From a virus (taxonomy: Duplodnaviria > Caudoviricetes): a stretch of 33,403 bases of DNA. Below, in pieces: positions 19,540 through 26,263 of this stretch (the first letter of the stretch is position 1; each line of letters begins with the position of its first letter). The stretch is taken from positions 1 through 33,403 of the IMG/VR virus record IMGVR_UViG_3300048901_000105. One strand, written 5' to 3'. A program made the position numbers and the translations under genes. The notes under the pieces were generated by a model, which saw nothing but the letters and a program-made list of their open reading frames with translations, did not search any database and was not told where the DNA came from.

Positions 19540-19745
19540 CCGATGTTGTCGGCCAAGGCCTTGTCCGCGAAACCATCGGCGCTAGCGTTGCCGAGCTTCG
19601 GTTGCGCGGGCTGGTGCGCGAGACGGTCGGCGTCGCCGCATCGCCGCTGCACAACCTGATCGTATCAGGGCTGGTACGCGAGACAGTGCTGGCGCCGGTC
19701 GTCGCATCGACGGCTCGGCAATACGCAGTGACGGTGATTGGATGA
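19536..19745 (+). CDS. Small virion-associated repeat protein
   Basis: GTG start overlapping previous stop; three GLVRET repeats. Confidence 0.6.
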   Translation: MTDVVGQGLVRETIGASVAELRLRGLVRETVGVAASPLHNLIVSGLVRETVLAPVVASTARQYAVTVIG

Positions 19746-19821
19746 TTGTACTACTGAGCTTCACGAACCGATTGGATGGCGTCGGCGACTTGGTACTGAT
19801 CTGCGAGCCGGGGAGGGTCAC

Positions 19822-19980
19822 ATGATCCTAGAAATCCTGTTTGTCGTTGTGATGTTCCTTTGGCTCCTCACGATCCTGCCGTTGCCACCGATGGCGCCGT
19901 TCTCCACATCCAATGTGTATTTCGCGTTCGTGGCGGTCCTGCTGCTCGGCTTGTATATTTTCCTTCCCGCCATGCGATGA
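19822..19980 (+). CDS. Small two-TM membrane protein (holin candidate)
   Basis: GGAGG RBS, 52 aa with two hydrophobic segments, located after tail genes. Confidence 0.6.
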   Translation: MILEILFVVVMFLWLLTILPLPPMAPFSTSNVYFAFVAVLLLGLYIFLPAMR

Positions 19981-20210
19981 ACGTCGGCCTTATCGCCGCC
20001 GCACTAAACCTGATCGTGTTGCATCAAGCAGACGGTCGCGAGATTGCAATAAATACCGCGCAGATTACCAGCCTATATGCGGCGCTGCCGGGGCGGCCGA
20101 ATAAGGTCGTGGTGCCGGGTGCACGCTGCCTCGTCCAGTTGGTGGACGGCAAGTTTGCCAGCGTGGTTGAGACCTGCGACGCGGTGCGCAGGCTCATCGA
20201 GAACAAGTAG
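19977..20210 (+). CDS. Small protein, FlbD/SwrD-like pattern
   Basis: ATGA overlap; LIVLHQADGREIAIN...I...LVDGKFASVVETCDAVRRLI resembles the FlbD-family pattern. Confidence 0.55.
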   Translation: MNVGLIAAALNLIVLHQADGREIAINTAQITSLYAALPGRPNKVVVPGARCLVQLVDGKFASVVETCDAVRRLIENK

Positions 20211-20220
20211 CAGAACGAAC

Positions 20221-20245
20221 GGGGCGGCCATTGGGGCCGCCTCTT
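20221..20245 (+). terminator. GC-rich hairpin, possible weak terminator
   Basis: GGGGCGGCC-ATTGG-GGCCGCCTC followed by only a short T run. Confidence 0.35.
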
Positions 20246-20264
20246 ACTGAAGGAGTAAAGTTGG

Positions 20265-20720
20265 ATGGCAGCCATTCCATGCACGTTTCAAGGCGTGCTC
20301 TTTTTCTCTGACCTGGGCGTCGGTGGCGGGCCGATGCCGGGCGGACCCTATCCCTCGCACCCCATCGCGCCGGGAGGGCCGCCGCCGGGCATTTGGCCGA
20401 GCCCAGGCCACCCAGATCAGGGGCTGCCTCCGAGCGGTGTCGGTATCTGGCCGAGCCCCGGCTATCCGGCGCATCCGATTTCACCCGGTGGACCCCCTCC
20501 CGGCATCTGGCCGAGCCCCGGCCATCCTAGCCAGGGGCCGGGTTTCCCTACCGCGCCGATCGTTTTGCCGCCTGATCTGCCGCCGACCATGCCCGACCCC
20601 GATAACCGCCCCATTGAATGGCAAACGGGTTGGACTTCAACGTCCGGCTGGGTTGTCGTGGGGGTGCCTACTGGGCCGACGCCGACACCATCTGCTGCAG
20701 GCGCCTCGTCGTCCCCTTGA
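20265..20720 (+). CDS. Proline-rich repeat protein
   Basis: AAGGAG RBS; three GIWPSPG(H/Y)P repeats and two HPI(A/S)PGGPPP repeats. Confidence 0.8.
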   Translation: MAAIPCTFQGVLFFSDLGVGGGPMPGGPYPSHPIAPGGPPPGIWPSPGHPDQGLPPSGVGIWPSPGYPAHPISPGGPPPGIWPSPGHPSQGPGFPTAPIVLPPDLPPTMPDPDNRPIEWQTGWTSTSGWVVVGVPTGPTPTPSAAGASSSP

Positions 20721-20788
20721 CCGAGCCGCCGCCGGCGGAGGCAACGCCCGGCCGCAGGCGGCGGCTGCTACGACGGGAATCGTGAGCC

Positions 20789-21070
20789 TCAGCATTGCGC
20801 GAGGCCGACATGGCGGCAATCCTGGCGCACATGCGCCGGGGGCTGCCATGTCGGCCCGCTGCTCGTGTCGCACCGAACGCCATCCCTCCCGGACGTACAA
20901 TAGGTGCTGCTGCTCGAATAGGGGCTGCTGTAATCGGCCCAGCAGCGATAGACGCCGCTCCACTTGTCGCGGGAGCACCGGCTCTCATAGGTGGATTGGG
21001 CGGATGCGGGCGCGGCTGCCAGGCCGGCGAGACAGGCAAGGAGAGCCACTGATAAAATGCGGTAAGCCAT
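20789..21070 (-). CDS. Small exported Cys-rich protein (moron-like)
   Basis: Clear signal peptide (MAYRILSVALLACLAGLAAAPASA) and six Cys in the mature part; next to attP. Confidence 0.7.
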   Translation of the reverse strand: MAYRILSVALLACLAGLAAAPASAQSTYESRCSRDKWSGVYRCWADYSSPYSSSSTYCTSGRDGVRCDTSSGPTWQPPAHVRQDCRHVGLAQC

Positions 21071-21357
21071 GATCGGAAATACCTGCTTCGGTTGTGGTCA
21101 GGCGTCGGGCGGGGATGCTACCCGCTCGGCGCCGCCCCTAGATGGGGCAGCTTGCGCCGGGCCGTCTTGATAAGAGCGGCCAGAAACTTGATTTCAGGTT
21201 AGGCCGTCAGACCATCAGCGCGAGGATGATCCCGGCCAACAGAAGGCCGGCGAGCAGGACGTCAAGGCGCTCGCTCACGAGCGGAACGAACTCGGAATCT
21301 GGTGCCACTTTTGGTGCCGTTTTCTGGCACCAAGCCCCGATTCGCCCCGTTTTTGTT

Positions 21358-21388
21358 CTTGCGGCGACCCGACGGAAATGCCTATAAC
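21358..21388 (+). promoter_or_regulatory. Putative sigma70 promoter for the reconstituted tRNA
   Basis: TTGCGG-N18-TATAAC about 20 nt upstream of the tRNA 5' end. Confidence 0.55.
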
Positions 21389-21407
21389 CCATTGACCGAT
21401 AAAGGCA

Positions 21408-21446
21408 CGGGGCGTAGCGCAGTCCGGTAGCGCGCCTGCTTTGGGA
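21408..21446 (+). tRNA. 5' half of tRNA-Pro(UGG), attP core (fragment, not a complete gene)
   Basis: CGGGGCGTAGCGCAGTCCGGTAGCGCGCCTGCTTTGGGA gives acceptor 5' strand, D arm, anticodon 5' stem and 7-nt loop TTTGGGA; similarity stops there. Confidence 0.88.
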
Positions 21447-21473
21447 AGATACCGGGTATCCACCGCAAGCCCC

Positions 21474-22643
21474 TCAATTATCTAGCGTTTTCGCCCCAGA
21501 GACGAGCCTTGGTGCCACTTTTGGTGCCATTAAACTTGCCGCCTCCATCGCCGCGCGCACCTGGGCGGTGTCCGAATTGGCGTAGCGCGCGGTCGTCGCG
21601 ATGTCGGCGTGCCCGAGCATTTCCTTTACGACGTTGAGGTTGCCGCAGGCGGCAAGCGTGCGGGTGGCGGCGGTGTGGCGCAGATCGTGGAAGCGCAACG
21701 CCGGCAGACCGATCGCCGCGCGGGCAGCCATCCAATCCTTGCGCCAGCCATCGTGCGTGAAGGGATAGCGGGCGCCCTTCGCCTGCATCACACCATGATG
21801 CGGGTCGTGGCGGTTGCGGCGGCAAATGTACGTGAACACGATCTCGCGGTGCCGCCCTTGCTCGCGAGCCAGTAGGAGCGCCAGGGCCTCGGTCAGAGGC
21901 AGCACCAGGAGCTTGCCGCCGGGCCGGCGCGACTTGACCCGGAAGGTCAGCGTGCGGCCTTGCCAGTCGATCTGGTCCCAGCGCAATCCGATGGCGTTCT
22001 CCAGCCGCACTCCGGCGATCAGGGCAAATTCAATGAGCGGCCAATAATCCGGCCGCAGCGCCTCGAATAGCGCGGCTTCCTTTTCCGGCGACAGGATCGT
22101 CTGCGCCTTGTCGGGCTCGGGCAGGAAGACCCGCGCCCAGGCGATGTCGGGGACGGCGACCCGCCAGTGCCGGGCGGCGATGATCACCGAGCGCAGCAGC
22201 CCGATCTCGCGGTTGATCGAGGCGTTGGCGCGGTCGCGCAACTCCATCTTGCCGGTTTGTTGGTTACGAGCCCGGCGGACCCGCCGACGGGCGACGTAAT
22301 CCTCGAGGTCGCGGGTGCCGAGACGGGCCAGCGGCGTCTCGTTGCCGAGCTCGCCGATCAGGGTTTGGCTGTGTCGCTTGATGTCGCCGGCGCTCCTGAC
22401 ATGCGCGCCGCGGGTTTCCCAATAGCGCCCGAGGGCTTCGCCGAGCGTGAACCGCGCGCCCGTCGCATCGGCGGCCGGCTCTCGACCAGCCTGGGCGGCG
22501 GCGAAGACGGCGGCGGCTTCGGCCTCGGCGGCCTCGCGGGTGTCCGCGCCAAGGCGGTCGCGAAATCGACGACCTCGGAATTGGAAATTACAATACCAGC
22601 CGTCTCGGCCTGGCCGCTGTTTGACGAGTGATTTTCGCCGCAA
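21474..22643 (-). CDS. int: Tyrosine integrase
   Basis: Catalytic R (GVRLENA), HDLRH, LGHADI and Y (ARYA); likely TTG start at 22643 with AGGAG 8 nt upstream. Confidence 0.95.
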   Translation of the reverse strand: MRRKSLVKQRPGRDGWYCNFQFRGRRFRDRLGADTREAAEAEAAAVFAAAQAGREPAADATGARFTLGEALGRYWETRGAHVRSAGDIKRHSQTLIGELGNETPLARLGTRDLEDYVARRRVRRARNQQTGKMELRDRANASINREIGLLRSVIIAARHWRVAVPDIAWARVFLPEPDKAQTILSPEKEAALFEALRPDYWPLIEFALIAGVRLENAIGLRWDQIDWQGRTLTFRVKSRRPGGKLLVLPLTEALALLLAREQGRHREIVFTYICRRNRHDPHHGVMQAKGARYPFTHDGWRKDWMAARAAIGLPALRFHDLRHTAATRTLAACGNLNVVKEMLGHADIATTARYANSDTAQVRAAMEAASLMAPKVAPRLVSGAKTLDN

Positions 22644-22882
22644 GGTCCGCGCTCCTGTTGCTGGAGGTAGTTCGCCAGATCCGATGGTTTGAATTTGCGG
22701 CGGCTGCCGACCAGCACATAGCGCAGCCGGCCCGCCTCGATCTCCTGGGTCAGCGTCTCCGAGGTGATCCCGAAGGCGCGACAAACCTCGGTCTGCGGGA
22801 TCAGGAGCCGCCCGTGGGTCAGATCCACGATCCGCTCCCAGAGGTCGGAGTCGATGCTGGCTGTGGGGGCAGCCATTGGCAT
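22358..22882 (-). CDS. xis: Excisionase-like HTH protein
   Basis: AGGAG RBS; EVCRAFGITSETL...GRLRYVLVGSRRKFKPSDLANYL is a MerR/HTH_17-like pattern; tail overlaps int. Confidence 0.75.
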   Translation of the reverse strand: MPMAAPTASIDSDLWERIVDLTHGRLLIPQTEVCRAFGITSETLTQEIEAGRLRYVLVGSRRKFKPSDLANYLQQQERGPCGENHSSNSGQAETAGIVISNSEVVDFATALARTPARPPRPKPPPSSPPPRLVESRPPMRRARGSRSAKPSGAIGKPAARMSGAPATSSDTAKP

Positions 22883-22900
22883 ACATCTCCTGTCGTCTGC

Positions 22901-22974
22901 GTGAAAAAAAACACCTATCCATCATCTTAGGCGTAACAAAATCTGCCTGTCCATAGGGTGGGAAAAAAAATCAC
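22901..22974. promoter_or_regulatory. Operator-like sites upstream of xis
   Basis: GTGAAAAAAAACAC (22901-22914) and GGAAAAAAAATCAC (22961-22974) resemble the palindrome at 23700. Confidence 0.5.
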
Positions 22975-23058
22975 CAGAATCGCCCGGCGCGGGTTGCGCC
23001 GCGCTTTCAGTCGCGCGTAGCATTGCCACTGGTCAAACCCCCGGCTAGGGAGGATGTG

Positions 23059-23259
23059 TTGGCGAACACCGATCTCGGCCCGCTCCGCCCGATTGCCGAT
23101 GCTCCCATTAAAGACGGCGAGCCTTACGGCCCCTGCCTCTTGACCCCCGGTCGCAACCGCACCTGGGCAATCGGTGAATACGACGGGAGCAACTGGCACG
23201 ATCTCGACAATGGCCCCCTGGACCCAACCTATTATTTGCTTTTGCCGCCCGAAGGGTAA
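23059..23259 (+). CDS. Small DUF551-like phage protein
   Basis: GGGAGG RBS; LRPIADAP.KDG...W.D...PTYYLLLP pattern. Confidence 0.5.
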   Translation: MANTDLGPLRPIADAPIKDGEPYGPCLLTPGRNRTWAIGEYDGSNWHDLDNGPLDPTYYLLLPPEG

Positions 23260-23645
23260 TCCCCGTTGAGCACCCGATCCATCACGTGCCGCATCAGTTC
23301 GCACGGATCTACATCGGTCCGATCGGATGCTACGTAAATCAACGCTGCAACCTGTGCCGTCATCATCCGCGCCGCTACCGCGATACGTTTCAGCCTTTCG
23401 CTATCGACTGACAATGACACCTCTTCCGGCGGCTCGTTCAAGCCAAGCAACTCGGCGGGCGGCACATCGAGGGTTTTCGCCAGGTTAAGAAGGAGGTTCG
23501 TCGAGCGGCCTTCCTGCGGACGCGAAAAATAGCGGTGGGTAATGCCGGCCGCCTCCAGGGCCGCGCGCACGCTCAGCCCCCTGGCCTTTGCCAGAGTCTG
23601 CACTCGCTTCTTAAAAGCGGCATCGTCCCACAGAGCATCTACCAC
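23232..23645 (-). CDS. XRE-family HTH repressor (CI-like, no S24 peptidase domain)
   Basis: FKKRVQTLAKARGLSVRAALEAAGI...LLNLAKTLDVPPAELLG; divergent from the Cro-like gene; likely GTG start with GGGAGG RBS. Confidence 0.8.
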   Translation of the reverse strand: MVDALWDDAAFKKRVQTLAKARGLSVRAALEAAGITHRYFSRPQEGRSTNLLLNLAKTLDVPPAELLGLNEPPEEVSLSVDSERLKRIAVAARMMTAQVAALIYVASDRTDVDPCELMRHVMDRVLNGDYPSGGKSK

Positions 23646-23699
23646 GGCTGGCCTCCCGTGCCAGGATTGACGCATGGACAAACTGTCTCCTTCCAATAC

Positions 23700-23759
23700 G
23701 TGAAAATTTTCACCGTTTCTAGGCAAAACATATGGTTAACGAAGCGCGGGTTTTTTCAC
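23700..23759. promoter_or_regulatory. Immunity operator region
   Basis: Perfect palindrome GTGAAAATTTTCAC (23700-23713) and variant GCGGGTTTTTTCAC (23746-23759) in the AT-rich divergent spacer. Confidence 0.6.
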
Positions 23760-23794
23760 TTGAGCGGGTAATTTGAAACGCTCAAAGTCGGCGC

Positions 23795-24115
23795 ATGATC
23801 AGCCCCGCCGACCTGCTCAGGCTCGCCCGCCTCTACGCCGCGGCCGAGGGTGTGTCGCTGTATACCGTCGGACGGCGGGCTTGCGGCGGCAATAACCGGA
23901 TCTTCCGACGCATCGAGGTCGGTCACGGGGCCAATACCCGGACCCTCGCCCAGGTTGAGACGTGGTTCCGCGCCAACTGGCCCCAGAACGCTCCGTGGCC
24001 TGTCGATCTGGCGCCCGGTCCTTTATCTCAGAGACGGCGCCGGAAGATACCTAACGATAGCGGCAATCCCGGTGCCGGCGAGATCTCCTGCGCCGTCGCG
24101 GCGGGCGAGACATGA
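23795..24115 (+). CDS. Cro-like regulator
   Basis: LLRLARLYAAAEGVSLYTVGRR...WFRANWPQNAPWP pattern seen in alphaproteobacterial prophage Cro-like proteins; divergent from repressor. Confidence 0.75.
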   Translation: MISPADLLRLARLYAAAEGVSLYTVGRRACGGNNRIFRRIEVGHGANTRTLAQVETWFRANWPQNAPWPVDLAPGPLSQRRRRKIPNDSGNPGAGEISCAVAAGET

Positions 24116-24594
24116 GCCGTACGCCAGCCTGCGAAGACAGCGCCACCATCGCCGAACGCCTGCGCGAGATCCAGGCCGAGCGCATGGCCGCAATCGCCGG
24201 CTGTGGCTGCCCGCAGCGCGACACTAACGGCGGCATCGTTCACACGCCGCTATGCCCGTTGCGAGCTGAGCCGGCCAGCCAAATGGAGATGGCGCGCGAA
24301 GCCATCCAGCGGGCTCGATCCCGTGCGCGCCTGGCGCAGCACGCGCTCCCCCTCTGCCTCGCGATGGCGCTGGTCTACGACCCGCACCTGCTCGTGTTGA
24401 GCTGGGGCGACCACCGGCAGGAGACCGTCGCCGCCACCAGCCGGGCGACCTGCGAGGCCGCCGCCGACGCTATCCGCGAGGGGCGGTGGCTCGGCGACGA
24501 CCCGCCGGTCGCGATGGCTTGTAGGCAGGGCAACGGTTTCTCCGAACGCTCGCTTTGCATTCCCCGATTTAACTGCCGGGAGGGCGCGCGATGA
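24112..24594 (+). CDS. Hypothetical protein
   Basis: ATGA-coupled to the Cro-like gene; Cys-containing with a central hydrophobic stretch. Confidence 0.55.
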   Translation: MSRTPACEDSATIAERLREIQAERMAAIAGCGCPQRDTNGGIVHTPLCPLRAEPASQMEMAREAIQRARSRARLAQHALPLCLAMALVYDPHLLVLSWGDHRQETVAATSRATCEAAADAIREGRWLGDDPPVAMACRQGNGFSERSLCIPRFNCREGAR

Positions 24595-24659
24595 GCGCGA
24601 CCCCGGCCAACATTCCCCGGCTTGGTCGCTGGGGTAGCGGTGACTTCCACGCCCACTCT

Positions 24660-24727
24660 TGTGGGACCGGGAGCCGCCAAGGGCTGCTGGCCCGATCGCC
24701 GCCGGGTTCGACCAACCCGGTCCCACA
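24660..24727 (+). ncRNA. C4/CI-like antisense RNA candidate
   Basis: 12-bp closing stem TGTGGGACCGGG/CCCGGTCCCACA, two internal hairpins and unpaired CGACCAA complementary to the upstream hairpin loop TTGGTCG. Confidence 0.6.
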
Positions 24728-24737
24728 GGAGACGTAA

Positions 24738-25781
24738 ATGCGACAAATCGTAGACGCGCCGATCAATGCAATCGCGATTAATCCATATCGCCGGCTGCAT
24801 ACCTACCCGTACATCGAAAGCAAAATCGAGGCACTACAACGCTCGATTGCTGATGTCGGATTGTGGCCGAGTGTTATCGCCCGGCCGCTCGATGACCGCT
24901 TGTGGAAATACGAGATAGCTTTCGGGCATCACCGAATTGAAGCGGCTCGCCGTAGCGGGTTATCGACGATATCCCTGATCGTTGAAGACCTCACTGATAT
25001 GCAAATGCTGCAATACATGGGTCGGGAAAACCTGGAAGATTACAACGCAGCATTCCTAATCCAACTGGAAAGTTGGGAAGCTGCCTCAAAAAGCGGGTTG
25101 GTAAGTTCGCGCGCGCACGAACGAGAGCCTCAAGCAGTTGATATTGCTAAAATGTTGGGGTGGACGGACGCAAACGCCCAGGGGTCCCAGATAATGAACC
25201 AAACGGCGCGGGCATGCGCCGCTGCTTACGCCCTAATCCAGGGTGGGTACAATACTAGGGATGATTTTGTTGATCTGTCTATCCGCGCAGCACAAGACCT
25301 CACCGAGCGTGCGTTTTCGCGGATCGAGCAAATTGAAAAGGTAGGCCGCGAAAGCGGACGCTCCCGCTTGGAAATCGAGCGCACGAAAGAAAAATACGGG
25401 CAATCCGTCACGGAGACAGCAGCCCAGGTTCGTGGCGGGTCATTGCCGCAGCGCGAAATTCGGAGCCGGGTGGATTTCAATGCTATGGCCCGCACCCGCG
25501 GCGAAGCTCCAAGTCCGTTGTTCGCTGTCTTCGCCAATGCCGTCGCCGACAACCTGAAGCGCACGCTGAATACCGACAGCGACTCCGACAAGCTGGTCGA
25601 AATCGAAATTGTTCTCGGGCAGATCAGCATGCTTGAAGACTGGGAAGCGCTGCGGCGGCTCGATGTCGAGTTGTTGAACCTCGCTCGGCGTGCCGAGGGT
25701 TGGCAGAAACGGCTGATCCCGTCGAAGGAAAAGGTAGTGCAACTGCAACGCCTGGAGGCGAAAGGAGGGAACGCGTCATGA
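24738..25781 (+). CDS. ParB/Srx N-terminal domain protein
   Basis: AGGAG RBS; LQRSIADVGL...YEIAFGHHRIEAA...ENL; lower GC than flanks. Confidence 0.85.
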   Translation: MRQIVDAPINAIAINPYRRLHTYPYIESKIEALQRSIADVGLWPSVIARPLDDRLWKYEIAFGHHRIEAARRSGLSTISLIVEDLTDMQMLQYMGRENLEDYNAAFLIQLESWEAASKSGLVSSRAHEREPQAVDIAKMLGWTDANAQGSQIMNQTARACAAAYALIQGGYNTRDDFVDLSIRAAQDLTERAFSRIEQIEKVGRESGRSRLEIERTKEKYGQSVTETAAQVRGGSLPQREIRSRVDFNAMARTRGEAPSPLFAVFANAVADNLKRTLNTDSDSDKLVEIEIVLGQISMLEDWEALRRLDVELLNLARRAEGWQKRLIPSKEKVVQLQRLEAKGGNAS

Positions 25782-26263
25782 TCAGGCTTCGCGGCATACC
25801 ATCGGCAGCCGCCGAGATGATGCTGAACATCCACAATGACATCTTTGATGTGGCCCAAGCCCTGCTCCGCGAAAATAACTTCGTCATTTTTGAAGAAGCG
25901 TTGGTGCGGGCAGGCAAACTCAGGTATCGCAAGGATATTCAGTGGCAGGCAATGCGGGACGAGCTACAAGCGCATTTCCAATGTGACGTGATGAACATCA
26001 GTTGTGCGACATTCCGCGAGGGCTGCAATTCCAAATTCGACGCGCTGCCCACATTGGCGCGTGTCAAGGAGTTCTTGCGGAAGGGCAACGGCAATGAAAC
26101 CGCGGGGTTCGGTTTTGTTCACTGGAAACGAGATGTTACCGAGCGAAAAATCGCGGCGCGCAGGAATACGTCAGTCGGCATAGCCAAGTCAGCGGATCAT
26201 CTACAAATGGCTATGGAGCAAGCGCTCCAAATCACGCAGCACGCCGAAGATGCTGGCCCGTGA
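25778..26263 (+). CDS. Hypothetical protein coupled to ParB-like gene
   Basis: AAGGAGG RBS, ATGA overlap, lower GC. Confidence 0.7.
   Translation: MIRLRGIPSAAAEMMLNIHNDIFDVAQALLRENNFVIFEEALVRAGKLRYRKDIQWQAMRDELQAHFQCDVMNISCATFREGCNSKFDALPTLARVKEFLRKGNGNETAGFGFVHWKRDVTERKIAARRNTSVGIAKSADHLQMAMEQALQITQHAEDAGP

Larger units (their letters stand above)
21300..21528. mobile_element. attP region with arm-type repeats
   Basis: 19-bp direct repeat TGGTGCCACTTTTGGTGCC at 21300-21318 and 21510-21528 flanking a tRNA fragment, beside the integrase 3' end. Confidence 0.85.

Noticed and set aside
20380-20530. CRISPR-like or DGR repeats
   Set aside because: Repeats are in-frame coding units with synonymous changes; no cas or reverse transcriptase gene in the window
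21207-21392. - strand 61-aa ORF with hydrophobic tail (type I toxin-like)
   Set aside because: Crosses the attP arm repeats, no RBS seen; the APKVAP match to Int is just the arm repeat. A 23-aa peptide from GTG 21278 cannot be excluded
21408-21480. Complete tRNA-Pro gene
   Set aside because: Sequence after the anticodon loop (AGATACC) cannot pair with CCTGC and there is no T arm or acceptor 3' strand
22644-22925. N-terminal 94-aa extension of the integrase in the ORF track
   Set aside because: Overlaps the xis HTH in another frame and looks non-protein-like; RBS plus TTG at 22643 gives a normal-sized integrase
23730-23745. CtrA binding site at GGTTAAC
   Set aside because: Only a half site; no TTAA-N7-TTAA arrangement
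24660-24727. tRNA or pseudo-tRNA, because of GGTTCGA
   Set aside because: No proper D arm or anticodon arm; the 12-bp closing stem and upstream complementary sites fit a C4-like RNA better
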